From: an uncultured Prochlorococcus sp.
GTDB lineage: Bacteria > Cyanobacteriota > Cyanobacteriia > PCC-6307 > Cyanobiaceae
Assembly (NCBI GenBank): GCA_902535025.1
Contig: CACARV010000001.1
Location: 4,161 to 68,160 of the forward strand
DNA length: 64,000 nucleotides
Reading direction: 5' to 3'
Of the stretch, positions 54,498 through 64,000 are shown piece by piece. Each line of letters begins with the position of its first letter. The stretch's first letter is position 1. Made by a program: the position numbers and the translations under genes. The notes under the pieces are model-generated. The model made no database searches and was not told the origin of the DNA. It saw nothing but the letters and a program-made list of their open reading frames with translations.

Positions 54498-54680
54498 GTT
54501 AAATCACCAATCACAAAGAAAATATTAAGATATGGAGGTTCTTTTATTCGAAGTTGCAAAATTAATTTTACTTGTAGAAAAATAATTTACACATTTTTAG
54601 CGATTTTGGTCTAAAATCTTTGGAGCGGATATTTTCCGTTTTATTTACACGTCTCAATTAGAGACATACTTTACGAACTC

Positions 54681-55763
54681 ATGACAACTATTCAGCAGCA
54701 GCGTTCTTCGCTGCTAAAAGGTTGGCCACAGTTTTGTGAGTGGGTAACATCAACTAACAACAGAATTTATGTTGGTTGGTTCGGCGTCTTAATGATTCCA
54801 TGCCTTCTTACAGCAGCGGCTTGCTTCATCGTTGCATTCATCGCAGCACCACCAGTAGACATCGACGGAATTAGAGAGCCAGTTGCTGGTTCATTCCTAT
54901 ATGGAAACAACATCATCTCAGGTGCAGTTGTTCCTTCATCTAACGCTATTGGTCTACACTTCTACCCAATTTGGGAAGCAGCTACTGTAGATGAGTGGTT
55001 ATACAACGGTGGTCCTTACCAGCTTGTAATTTTCCACTTCTTAATTGGTATCTCAGCATACATGGGAAGACAGTGGGAGCTATCATACCGTTTAGGTATG
55101 CGTCCTTGGATCTGTGTTGCTTATTCTGCACCAGTTTCAGCAGCTTTCGCAGTATTTCTTGTATATCCATTCGGTCAAGGTTCATTCTCTGACGGAATGC
55201 CTCTAGGTATCTCTGGAACATTCAACTTCATGTTTGTTTTCCAGGCAGAGCACAACATTCTTATGCACCCATTCCACATGGCTGGTGTTGCTGGTATGTT
55301 CGGAGGATCTTTATTCTCAGCTATGCATGGTTCACTTGTTACTTCATCTCTAATAAGAGAAACAACTGAGACAGAGTCTCAGAACTATGGTTACAAGTTC
55401 GGACAAGAAGAAGAAACATATAACATCGTTGCAGCTCATGGCTACTTCGGTCGTTTGATCTTCCAATATGCAAGTTTCAACAACAGCAGAAGTCTTCACT
55501 TCTTCCTAGCTGTTTTCCCAGTTGTTTGTGTATGGTTAACTTCAATGGGTATCTGCACAATGGCATTCAACCTTAACGGTTTCAACTTCAACCAGTCAGT
55601 TGTTGATGCAAACGGTAAGATTGTTCCTACATGGGGCGATGTTCTTAACAGAGCAAACCTAGGTATGGAAGTAATGCACGAGCGTAACGCTCACAACTTC
55701 CCACTTGATCTAGCAGCAGCTGAGTCTACAACAGTAGCTCTTTCAGCTCCAGCTATCGGTTAA
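54681..55763 (+). CDS. psbA: Photosystem II D1 protein
   Basis: Full D1 sequence ([36 protein letters not shown]); Gln130-type. Confidence 0.99.
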   Translation: MTTIQQQRSSLLKGWPQFCEWVTSTNNRIYVGWFGVLMIPCLLTAAACFIVAFIAAPPVDIDGIREPVAGSFLYGNNIISGAVVPSSNAIGLHFYPIWEAATVDEWLYNGGPYQLVIFHFLIGISAYMGRQWELSYRLGMRPWICVAYSAPVSAAFAVFLVYPFGQGSFSDGMPLGISGTFNFMFVFQAEHNILMHPFHMAGVAGMFGGSLFSAMHGSLVTSSLIRETTETESQNYGYKFGQEEETYNIVAAHGYFGRLIFQYASFNNSRSLHFFLAVFPVVCVWLTSMGICTMAFNLNGFNFNQSVVDANGKIVPTWGDVLNRANLGMEVMHERNAHNFPLDLAAAESTTVALSAPAIG

Positions 55764-55785
55764 GCTTAAAGTTCTTAAATTTTAC

Positions 55786-55812
55786 AAGCCCCCTTTTGGG
55801 GGCTTTTTTTTT
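55786..55812 (+). terminator. Intrinsic terminator of psbA
   Basis: AAGCCCCC-TTTT-GGGGGCTT followed by T-run. Confidence 0.9.
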
Positions 55813-55870
55813 GTTTAATTTTCAATTGTTTTCATATAATGTTTATATAGATAAAACATTTGATATTTTT

Positions 55871-56971
55871 ATGAGTAGTAGTTTTGGAAAAATTTTTCGT
55901 GTTAGTACTTTTGGAGAATCACATGGTGGTGCAGTAGGAGTCATCCTTGATGGATGTCCCCCAAAGTTAAAAATAGATATAGATCTAATACAAAATGAAT
56001 TAGATAGGCGTAGACCCGGACAAAGTGACATTACAACGCCTCGAAATGAAGAAGATAAAATTGAAATATTAAGTGGGATAAAGGAAGGGTTAACACTTGG
56101 AACTCCAATAGCGATGTTGGTAAGAAACAAGGATCAAAGACCAGGAGATTATAATAATTTGGAGCAAGTATTTAGACCGTCTCATGCAGATGGTACGTAT
56201 CATCTGAAATATGGAATTCAGGCAAGTTCTGGAGGAGGAAGAGCCTCTGCAAGAGAAACAATTGGTAGAGTAGCGGCTGGTTCTATAGCAAAACAATTAT
56301 TAAAGACCTTCTGTGACATTGAAATACTATCTTGGGTCAAGCGTATACATGATATTGATTCCGATGTAAATAAAGAGAAGATTTCTCTCAATAAAATAGA
56401 TTCTAATATTGTTAGATGTCCTGATGAAAATGTATCAGCAGAAATGATCGAGAGAATTAAGGAATTAAAGCGTCAAGGAGACTCTTGTGGCGGTGTTATT
56501 GAATGTCTTGTAAGAAATGTTCCGTCTGGTCTTGGGGTGCCTGTTTTCGATAAATTAGAAGCTGATTTAGCGAAGGCTTTGATGTCTTTGCCAGCCACTA
56601 AAGGCTTTGAAATAGGTTCAGGTTTCTCTGGAACTTTTTTAAAAGGAAGCGAACATAATGATGCCTTTATTAAGTCTGATGATAATACTAAGTTAAGAAC
56701 AACATCTAACAATTCAGGAGGTATACAGGGAGGAATAAGTAATGGCGAAAATATTGAGATGAAGATAGCTTTTAAACCTACAGCAACCATCGGGAAAGAA
56801 CAGCAAACAGTAAATGCCGAAGGGAAGGAAGTATTAATGAAGGCAAAAGGAAGACATGATCCCTGCGTTCTGCCTAGAGCAGTTCCCATGGTTGATGCTA
56901 TGGTCGCTTTAGTACTTGCTGATCATTTGCTTCTGAATCATGCTCAATGTGGCTTAATGAATAATTATTAG
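55871..56971 (+). CDS. aroC: Chorismate synthase
   Basis: Start reassigned to MSSSFGK (ATG 55871); GESHG, RRRPGQS, RPSHAD, RASARET, GRHDPC. Confidence 0.96.
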   Translation: MSSSFGKIFRVSTFGESHGGAVGVILDGCPPKLKIDIDLIQNELDRRRPGQSDITTPRNEEDKIEILSGIKEGLTLGTPIAMLVRNKDQRPGDYNNLEQVFRPSHADGTYHLKYGIQASSGGGRASARETIGRVAAGSIAKQLLKTFCDIEILSWVKRIHDIDSDVNKEKISLNKIDSNIVRCPDENVSAEMIERIKELKRQGDSCGGVIECLVRNVPSGLGVPVFDKLEADLAKALMSLPATKGFEIGSGFSGTFLKGSEHNDAFIKSDDNTKLRTTSNNSGGIQGGISNGENIEMKIAFKPTATIGKEQQTVNAEGKEVLMKAKGRHDPCVLPRAVPMVDAMVALVLADHLLLNHAQCGLMNNY

Positions 56972-57002
56972 CTTTGTTTGATAAATTATATTTTTTCTTG
57001 AT

Positions 57003-57638
57003 TTAATTATTTTTGTTATTTTTCAGCCATTCATATATTTTTGGATCAAATTTTTTATTTTTGATACCTTTATTTCCTATCACTATTGCTTTATATCCTA
57101 AAGATTTATAAGTTTTTACATCATTTATTGATAGACCTCCAGCAGCGATGAAACTAATATTTTTATAGTTATATATATCTATGGAATTTTGTTTACTTTT
57201 TATTGGATAAATTTTGATAATTTTGCAATTTAGATTTATTGCTTCATCAAGATCTTTTAAATTATTAATTCCTGGAATTAATAAATAATTTTTTTGCTTC
57301 GAATAATTGAAAAGATCTTTATCCCAAAATTTCATCATCGAAAAATTTAATCCAATTTTTAAAGAATCTTCTATTGATTGATTATTAACTACGGAGGCAG
57401 ATCCTAAATTAATTTTTGGATATTTGATTTTGATATCGGATACAAAATCAAACCAATTTTCGTTGTTTGACCAACTTATTTCAATATTCTTTAATCCTAA
57501 TTTTACTAAGCTTTCTAATTCTTCAAAAAATGAATTCCTTATAGAGATATTTGAGTAAATATTATCCTCAGGTTTAATAAGTAAAAAAAAAGACTCTTTT
57601 TTAAGTAACTTCAAAAAAGAATCTTTATTATTATTCAT
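57003..57638 (-). CDS. eda: KDPG/KHG aldolase-like protein (divergent)
   Basis: IEISW, LGSASV, IPGI, IKIYP, AAGGL align loosely with Eda motifs. Confidence 0.6.
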   Translation of the reverse strand: MNNNKDSFLKLLKKESFFLLIKPEDNIYSNISIRNSFFEELESLVKLGLKNIEISWSNNENWFDFVSDIKIKYPKINLGSASVVNNQSIEDSLKIGLNFSMMKFWDKDLFNYSKQKNYLLIPGINNLKDLDEAINLNCKIIKIYPIKSKQNSIDIYNYKNISFIAAGGLSINDVKTYKSLGYKAIVIGNKGIKNKKFDPKIYEWLKNNKNN

Positions 57639-57659
57639 TAGAAATTTAATTTCTAAAAA

Positions 57660-59513
57660 CTAAATATAATTTGCTACTTTGACTTCCGAACGATTAATCA
57701 AATCTTGAATATCTTCAGTATCTATAGTTTCTCTTTCTATAAGCATTTGTGCCATTTCATCAAGGACGTGCCTATTATCTGATAAAACTTTGGTAGCTCT
57801 CTTATAGGCTACATCAACAAGCTCTGAAACCTCTACATCTATGGTTGCTGCAGTATCTTCTGAAAAATCTCTTGTAGAGCTCATGTCTCTTCCAAGAAAC
57901 ATTCCACCTTGAGATTGTCCTAGAGCTACTGGTCCTATTTTGTCGCTCATGCCAAATTTAGTTATCATTTGTCTTGCAACGTTTGCAACTTGTTGCAAGT
58001 CATTTGAAGCACCCGTAGTAACTTCTTCTTCCCCGTAAACTATTTCTTCGGCAACTCTTCCACCTAGAGCAACAGCCATTTGATTTTGCAGGTAAGAACG
58101 TGAGTAAAGGCCTGATTCCATTCTTTCTTCACTTGGAGTAAAAAATGTTAGACCTCCAGCTTGACCCCTAGGAATTATTGAAACTTTTGCTACAGGATCA
58201 TAATCAGGCATTAATGCTCCTACGAGAGCGTGTCCTGCTTCATGATAAGCAACCAATTCTTTTTTCTTATCACTAATTACTCTATCTTTTTTTTCTGGTC
58301 CGGCCATTACTCGTTCTATGGCATCACCAACTTCGTCATTTGTAACTGTATCAAGATCTTTTCTAGCAGCTAGTATCGCTGCTTCATTTAATAAATTAGC
58401 TAAATCTGCGCCCGTAAATCCTGGTGTTCTTCTAGCAACTTTATCTAAATCAACATCTTTTGAAAGTGTTTTATCTTTAGCGTGAACATTTAGTATTTGT
58501 AATCTTCCAGCGTAATCAGGTCTGTCAACGGTTACCTGTCTATCAAATCTTCCAGGACGCATTAAAGCAGAATCTAAGACATCAGGTCTATTAGTTGCAG
58601 CGACTATGATTATTCCAGAATTACCTTCGAAACCATCCATTTCGGTAAGAAGTTGGTTTAAAGTTTGTTCTCTTTCATCATTACCTCCACCCATGCCAGC
58701 TCCTCTTTGCCTTCCAACTGCATCTATTTCGTCGATGAAAACTATGCAAGGAGCGTTCTTTTTGGCTTGTTCAAATAAGTCTCTAACTCTGCTCGCACCA
58801 ACACCTACAAACATCTCAACGAATTCAGATCCAGATATAGAGAAAAAGGGGACACCTGCTTCTCCAGCAACAGCTTTTGCAAGTAAAGTTTTTCCTGTAC
58901 CTGGAGGGCCAACAAGTAGAACACCTTTTGGAATTTTTGCTCCGACTGCCGTAAATCTGTCTGGACTCTTAAGAAAATCTACAACTTCTGTTAATTCTAG
59001 TTTTGCACCTTCAACACCTGCTACATCTGAAAAAGTTACTTGTGTGGATGGTTCCATTTGTAGTCTGGCTTTGCTCTTACCAAAACTCATAGCGGGGTTA
59101 CCACCCCCGGCATTTCCACTTTGTGATCTTCTGAAAAGAAAAAATAATCCTCCAATTAACAAGACTGGGAAAATTAAACTGCTTATAGCCTGTTGCCATG
59201 GATTAGCTAATTTTGTTGGAGTTACAGCTATATCTACATTATTCTCAGTTAAGATTTTTAGTAAATCTTTGTCAGGGGCTAAATTAACCTCAGATCTGCT
59301 TCCATCATTTTCAACAACTTGAGCTGTAGCGTTGTCTGGGGATATTAAGACTCTACTGATTTCTTTATCTTGAACTGCCTCTATAAAATCACTATATCTT
59401 AAAGTCTTTGTAGCATTCTCTGTACTAGGTTTATCAAAAACGGAAGTACCAATGAAAATTACAGTAATTACAGCTAGGACATAAAGTCCTACGTTTCTCC
59501 AACGTTTGTTCAC
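57660..59513 (-). CDS. ftsH: ATP-dependent zinc metalloprotease FtsH
   Basis: Two TM segments, [26 protein letters not shown]. Confidence 0.97.
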   Translation of the reverse strand: MNKRWRNVGLYVLAVITVIFIGTSVFDKPSTENATKTLRYSDFIEAVQDKEISRVLISPDNATAQVVENDGSRSEVNLAPDKDLLKILTENNVDIAVTPTKLANPWQQAISSLIFPVLLIGGLFFLFRRSQSGNAGGGNPAMSFGKSKARLQMEPSTQVTFSDVAGVEGAKLELTEVVDFLKSPDRFTAVGAKIPKGVLLVGPPGTGKTLLAKAVAGEAGVPFFSISGSEFVEMFVGVGASRVRDLFEQAKKNAPCIVFIDEIDAVGRQRGAGMGGGNDEREQTLNQLLTEMDGFEGNSGIIIVAATNRPDVLDSALMRPGRFDRQVTVDRPDYAGRLQILNVHAKDKTLSKDVDLDKVARRTPGFTGADLANLLNEAAILAARKDLDTVTNDEVGDAIERVMAGPEKKDRVISDKKKELVAYHEAGHALVGALMPDYDPVAKVSIIPRGQAGGLTFFTPSEERMESGLYSRSYLQNQMAVALGGRVAEEIVYGEEEVTTGASNDLQQVANVARQMITKFGMSDKIGPVALGQSQGGMFLGRDMSSTRDFSEDTAATIDVEVSELVDVAYKRATKVLSDNRHVLDEMAQMLIERETIDTEDIQDLINRSEVKVANYI

Positions 59514-59558
59514 AATAAATAATCTGATTAAGTTTATAATACTAATAATAAAACATTA

Positions 59559-60734
59559 TTAAGAGCGTCTTAGAACATCCACTACACTTTTAAATGCGAA
59601 CCATTCGGGAATTGGTTCGCCGCTCCTCAATTTCTTCCTAAATTCTGTACCACTTAGTTTCATAATTTGGTAATTAAATTCCTTAGCCTCTTCAGCTGTA
59701 ATGTATCCTTTTTCTTTGGTATAAACCAAATTTTTTGAAGGTACAGTTTGCATCATCAATTCTCTTGCACACTTATTTGCGAAATTCTGCGCATCATAAG
59801 GGCCATAAAAATCTTCACCAGTTGATGATGATTTACAACCAGCCATATCTCTACCAATAATAAAATGGGTACAGCCATAATTTCTTCTGATTATCATATG
59901 TTGAAGTGCTTCTCTCGGCCCTGCCATATGCATTGAATAAGGCAAAAAAGCCCATTTAATTCTTTCATCAGATATTTCTTCTTCCAATTCTTTATAGGTC
60001 AAATATCTAATTTTTCCAGGGATATCATCTTGTTGAGTTGGCCCGCAAGTTGGATGTACTAAAACGACTGAATTAGGAGAAACATTTTCTGAGAGTAAAG
60101 CATTAGTAAATAATTCATAATGTGCTCTATGAATTGGATTTCTGCATTGAAATGCAACCACATCATGGTTTGGTGGCAGTTTAGATCTAACTTCTTCAGG
60201 AGTTTTACAGGGGAACTCTCTAACTGGCAGTTCGAGACCATAAACTCTTCCCCCTATATAGAATCTCCCCCTCTCATTAAAGATCATCTTGACAGCAGGA
60301 TGATCTAAAGAATTAGTACCATAACAAAGTTGAGCTTCTAGTGATTTATCAGGCTCCCATACAGAGCTCACTTCTAAAACTGCTATTTTTTGTTTTTTAT
60401 AAGTAAGTAATATTGTCTCTCCAGCTTTTACTTCTTCATTATTTGAATCAAATACTATAGGCAAGCCAAAAAGCAACCCGTTTGTATCTCTATTTTTTTT
60501 AATTACCGATTTGTAGTTATTTTCTTCCATAAAACCTTCCAATGGAGAAAAAGCACCAACCATCAAAAGTTCTACATCGCATGCATTTCTCTCGCTGCAT
60601 TCAAACTCATAAGTAACGTTGGATATAAGATCATTTTTAAGGTTTTTATTATTGATAATTAAATTTTTTAGTTCCCCTCCATAAGGAGGTATTAGTCCAC
60701 TAGTATCTGTTTGTGTTTTTTGTTCTAGCACCAT
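59559..60734 (-). CDS. sat: Sulfate adenylyltransferase
   Basis: FSPLEGFM, FQCRNPIHRAH, AGPREA, GRDMAG, LSGTEFR. Confidence 0.95.
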   Translation of the reverse strand: MVLEQKTQTDTSGLIPPYGGELKNLIINNKNLKNDLISNVTYEFECSERNACDVELLMVGAFSPLEGFMEENNYKSVIKKNRDTNGLLFGLPIVFDSNNEEVKAGETILLTYKKQKIAVLEVSSVWEPDKSLEAQLCYGTNSLDHPAVKMIFNERGRFYIGGRVYGLELPVREFPCKTPEEVRSKLPPNHDVVAFQCRNPIHRAHYELFTNALLSENVSPNSVVLVHPTCGPTQQDDIPGKIRYLTYKELEEEISDERIKWAFLPYSMHMAGPREALQHMIIRRNYGCTHFIIGRDMAGCKSSSTGEDFYGPYDAQNFANKCARELMMQTVPSKNLVYTKEKGYITAEEAKEFNYQIMKLSGTEFRKKLRSGEPIPEWFAFKSVVDVLRRS

Positions 60735-60759
60735 TTTTGAATTGATAAAAAAAATTTTG

Positions 60760-60791
60760 AAAAAAAAAGAGGGTTCAACCCCTCCTTTTTT
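60760..60791 (-). terminator. Intrinsic terminator downstream of psbO
   Basis: Minus strand GAGGG-GTTGAA-CCCTC followed by a T-run. Confidence 0.75.
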
Positions 60792-60803
60792 ATAAAGTAA
60801 AAT

Positions 60804-61598
60804 TTATGCCTTTCTTCCGTATAACTCTCCGATTATTTTTACATCAAGTGGATCTTTTGAACCCATATCTGTATCTGAAGGTTGGATAGCTTCAAAAGTA
60901 CCAGCAAATTCATCTGTATCGGAATCTACGTTGTTTATTGAGAGGGTAATAACTCCGGTGCCATTTACATCAACTTTAATATTTTCTTTAGCAAGTTCTT
61001 CATCATCGCCACCCAATGCGACTAAACCTTGCGCATATTCAACTCCAGTATTTTTAGCTCTTGCTTTAGGATCTAAAAAATCGCCAGTTCTATAGTTAGG
61101 TGTAAATGTGGAACCACTAACCTCAGTACCTGGCTCAATTGATGATGGTAAATCAGCTGTGAGATCTTTTGCTGAGAATGCAAATGGCACCTCTAATCCA
61201 CCAGGAGTTAAGACAGTAATAAGTTGAAAATCAATACCACCTTTTTCTGTAAAAGTACCTGAGTCTATATCTCCATAAACTTCTGTCACTGTGGTGTTAT
61301 TTCTTGGACTAATAATTTTTGTAGAAACAAATTCTGCAGCTTTTCTTTTCGTCCCTGGAACTTTTACATAAACTTCAGTTGGATGCATGCATATTCCTTT
61401 AAGGCTATCTCCATTCCCTAAGGAAATTGATCCGATAAGAGTTGAGTCTAAAGTAGGGCAATCATTAGCTTTACCTGTATTAACAACATCTGTGAATTGT
61501 GCATTTCCTCTTTCAGAAAAAGCAAATGTTTTAACAGGTACGAAAGCAAAAGTTATACAAAGTGAAATAACAAAAGCTAAGAATGAACGAATTCTCAT
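60804..61598 (-). CDS. psbO: PSII manganese-stabilising protein
   Basis: Start reassigned to MRIRSFL (ATG 61598); signal peptide, NTGKANDCP, GIDFQLITV, YRTGDFLDPKAR, QPSDTDMG. Confidence 0.95.
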   Translation of the reverse strand: MRIRSFLAFVISLCITFAFVPVKTFAFSERGNAQFTDVVNTGKANDCPTLDSTLIGSISLGNGDSLKGICMHPTEVYVKVPGTKRKAAEFVSTKIISPRNNTTVTEVYGDIDSGTFTEKGGIDFQLITVLTPGGLEVPFAFSAKDLTADLPSSIEPGTEVSGSTFTPNYRTGDFLDPKARAKNTGVEYAQGLVALGGDDEELAKENIKVDVNGTGVITLSINNVDSDTDEFAGTFEAIQPSDTDMGSKDPLDVKIIGELYGRKA

Positions 61599-61813
61599 AA
61601 TTAAAATAGCAGTGAAGTTCTGTGACAAATGATTAATGGTGACCAAAATAGTTCAGTAAGGATATTACTAGGGAAAGGATCATAAAAGTCAGCACTTTTA
61701 AATCCTCGAAACAACCCGTAGCTTTTTTTAATTTTTAAAAACTTGAATTATTGTAAGCTATCGCATTATTTTTAATGATGAAGATTACAAAAAAATACAA
61801 ATAAAAAAATATT

Positions 61814-63070
61814 TTAATTTTTTACCGAAATAACTTGAGTTATTAATTTATTTGCTAAATCAATTTTTGATGTTTTTTTTATATGATGCTCCATATTTTC
61901 TGTATCGAATAGCCAACCTTCATTTTGTGCCAAAAAGCCAAATCCTTGCCCTTCAAGATCAATTGGATTTGCGAATAGATAATCGCAACCTTTTTGGATA
62001 ATCTTTTCTTTAATTGTTATTCTTGCTTTCTCAATAGATCCTGTAAAAGCGCAAAAGCCTACAAAAACTTGTTTGTCCTTTTTTGATTCACTAATTATTT
62101 TTAAAATATCTGGGACTAGCTCAAAATTATTATTCAAATGATGATTAATTTTATTTTTGGGAATTTTTGATGAAGTATCGCAAATTATCTTAAAATCAGA
62201 TACCGCTGCGTTCATGAAAAAATAATCACAATTTGAAATTTGATTTTTAATTGCCCTAATTAAATCAACACTAGTATCAATTTCATATCTTTTTATTCCA
62301 TCAGTAAGATCTTTATCAATTTTTAGTGGACCATGGACATATTTTACTTGTGCTCCTCTGAACCTTGCTACTTGAGATAGAAGTAGGCCCATGGCTCCAG
62401 AACTTTTGTTTGTAATATGTCTTGCTGCGTCAATTTTTTCTGAAGTGCACCCTCCAGTTATTAAAATTTTTTTATTAATTAGATCTTTCCGATAAGTATC
62501 ATGGTTGTGCGAGGTTATAAATTCAAGAGCTAATTGAATTAGATCATTTGAAGGTATCCTTCCGATACCAATAGCATCACATGCTAAAAGACCTTCACTG
62601 GGGTGCAAAGATAAAACATTTTCGTAATTCTGTAAATTCTCATAATTATTTTGGACAGCTTTATTAAGCCACATTTGTGTATTCATTGCTGGTGCAACAA
62701 TAATTGGTTTTATATTTGCAATCAAAATACTTGGGATCAATCCTTCTGCATTTCCAGTGACCCACTTCGATAGTGTTGTAGCTGTTAAAGGGGCAATAAT
62801 TAAAATATCCGCCCAATTGTTTAATTCAATGTGAAGAGGTTTTGATTGACTATTTAACCATTGATCACTTTCTAAAATGCAAGGGTTTCTACTAAGTATA
62901 GAAACAGAAAGTGGATTTATAAATTTTTCTGCATTTTTAGATAAAACGCATCTTATTTCATAATTTTCCTTCGCTAATTGGCTAACTAATAGTGGAATTC
63001 TTACGGCTGCAATACTACCTGTTATTAATAAGAGAACCTTAATTTTGGAGTCTTTACCGTTAGTTTTCAT
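61814..63070 (-). CDS. coaBC: Phosphopantothenoylcysteine decarboxylase/ligase
   Basis: ITGSIAA, APAMNTQM, LACDAIGIGR, TNKSSGAMG, AAVSDF. Confidence 0.93.
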   Translation of the reverse strand: MKTNGKDSKIKVLLLITGSIAAVRIPLLVSQLAKENYEIRCVLSKNAEKFINPLSVSILSRNPCILESDQWLNSQSKPLHIELNNWADILIIAPLTATTLSKWVTGNAEGLIPSILIANIKPIIVAPAMNTQMWLNKAVQNNYENLQNYENVLSLHPSEGLLACDAIGIGRIPSNDLIQLALEFITSHNHDTYRKDLINKKILITGGCTSEKIDAARHITNKSSGAMGLLLSQVARFRGAQVKYVHGPLKIDKDLTDGIKRYEIDTSVDLIRAIKNQISNCDYFFMNAAVSDFKIICDTSSKIPKNKINHHLNNNFELVPDILKIISESKKDKQVFVGFCAFTGSIEKARITIKEKIIQKGCDYLFANPIDLEGQGFGFLAQNEGWLFDTENMEHHIKKTSKIDLANKLITQVISVKN

Positions 63071-63281
63071 CGAAAGGTTCCTGATCTAGGAGATGTATAT
63101 AATTTGATGTTAATTCAGGTCTGTTTATTGCCAGAGCCCTAAGAAGGTGCCAGTCATTTAAACCATCAAATGGTGTTTTATAGTTGTCATCTTCTAGCCT
63201 TTTTGCCAATTCAAGTGTCATTTCTTCATCAAAAGAATTTACTAATTCCTGACTAATTTTTTTTTCAGAAATAAATTTCAT
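63060..63281 (-). CDS. DUF2555-family small protein (IsiD-like)
   Basis: LAKRLEDDNYKTPFDGLNDWHLLRALA motif; overlaps coaBC start; ATG 63281 preferred. Confidence 0.7.
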   Translation of the reverse strand: MKFISEKKISQELVNSFDEEMTLELAKRLEDDNYKTPFDGLNDWHLLRALAINRPELTSNYIHLLDQEPFDEN

Positions 63282-63500
63282 AATGAATGAAACCAATATA
63301 TCCTAATGATAAAGCCTGGAGTAAATTTTTTAAAATTGATGGAAATTTTTAGTACACATTTTTAAAAATATGAGAATCTTGAAAAATCATCATTTTTTTG
63401 AAGCTTTATTAAGAAATTTATCTTCATTCTCAATCATACATATGTGAACTCTCCCCATCAAAAATATGATTTCCTAAAATAAAGGGGCATATATTAAATT

Positions 63501-63701
63501 ATGTCGCAAAACAAAAGAGAGCAAGTTATTAGTCACCTACGTTATTTAAGGCAAGAACTAAGAGAGATGCATTTAATCTTGAAAGAAGATGATTTTTTTC
63601 CTGAACCAGGAGAATTAAGAGGAATAATAGCTCAGTTAGAGGCTTTGCTTGAATTAGTAGAGGGAAATACTAAAATTCCACTAAACTCTGAAGCAGCTTA
63701 G
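63501..63701 (+). CDS. Small hypothetical helical protein
   Basis: 66-aa ORF with SD-like AAGGGG upstream; precedes the DUF565-like gene. Confidence 0.65.
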   Translation: MSQNKREQVISHLRYLRQELREMHLILKEDDFFPEPGELRGIIAQLEALLELVEGNTKIPLNSEAA

Positions 63702-63712
63702 TTGAAACCAAA

Positions 63713-64000
63713 ATGGTTCTTAAACCTCAAAAAACAAATTTTCAACTAAAGATTGTAGAAAACCTCCAAACACTAAGTTTATGGGCTAATAATCCATGGA
63801 GAAAGTATTCACTATCCTTAATTATTCTTCTAGTTGGATACTTTTTAGGCAGCTCTCTTGGGATGGTAAGTGCCGTTGTAGAAATCATGGATCCTGTAGC
63901 TGCTCTCTTATCGGTTTTTTTTATTGAAATCTTAATAGTTCTTAGAAGAAATTTTCGAGTTGAAAGGAGAAAGAAATTTTTAGTGCTTTTACTGGATTCC
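63713..64000 (+). CDS. Ycf20/DUF565-like membrane protein (truncated by window end)
   Basis: Open frame from ATG 63713 to the window edge: MVLKPQKTNFQ...WANNPWRKYSLSLIILLVGYFLGSS...DPVAA. Confidence 0.7.
   Translation, partial: MVLKPQKTNFQLKIVENLQTLSLWANNPWRKYSLSLIILLVGYFLGSSLGMVSAVVEIMDPVAALLSVFFIEILIVLRRNFRVERRKKFLVLLLDS

Noticed and set aside
54414-54614. 66-aa plus-strand ORF upstream of psbA
   Set aside because: No motif or RBS, runs through the psbA promoter, and overlaps the better-supported 42-aa minus-strand ORF.
54681-55763. psbA is visibly GC-richer with many C-ending codons, suggesting foreign or phage origin
   Set aside because: Explained by protein conservation and high-expression codon bias; host-type signature residues, own terminator and no phage genes nearby.
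58606-59322. 238-aa antisense ORF inside ftsH
   Set aside because: Lies entirely opposite a conserved gene in the codon-mirrored frame and gives a Ser/Pro/Thr-rich translation with no motifs; a typical shadow ORF.
61655-61669. AGTAA-GGATA-TTACT palindrome upstream of psbO resembling an NtcA box
   Set aside because: Spacing is GTA-N7-TAC, not N8, and a 5-bp arm is not significant alone.

Overview
Very AT-rich, densely packed cyanobacterial chromosome segment. It is most likely from a high-light Prochlorococcus: D1 carries the Met/Cys substitutions typical of divinyl-chlorophyll PSII, and the gene order chlM-ndhH-men cluster-prfB-argS-relA-pgk-rplLJAK/nusG/secE-clpB-eno-sbtBA/bicA-hemB-mutS2-obg-cp12-psbA-aroC-ftsH-sat-psbO-coaBC fits the core genome. 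I see about 60 housekeeping CDSs and no rRNA, tRNA, CRISPR array, integrase, transposase, prophage or obvious genomic island. I cannot support a claim of a wholly new multi-gene system. The points worth a second look are smaller: (i) a 42-aa ORF missed by the ORF track, divergent from psbA; (ii) a ClpB paralogue lacking both NBD1 arginine fingers; (iii) a 'trxB' without NADPH motifs that looks ferredoxin-dependent, converging on a bicA-sbtA-sbtB operon whose upstream region has a tandem repeat and a possible anti-SD switch; (iv) an NtcA-type promoter layout before pgk; (v) degenerate Eda and metallo-beta-lactamase-fold proteins; (vi) the prfB +1 frameshift and ribosomal-protein leader RNAs. 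All calls come from reading motifs by eye; no database search or folding program was run.
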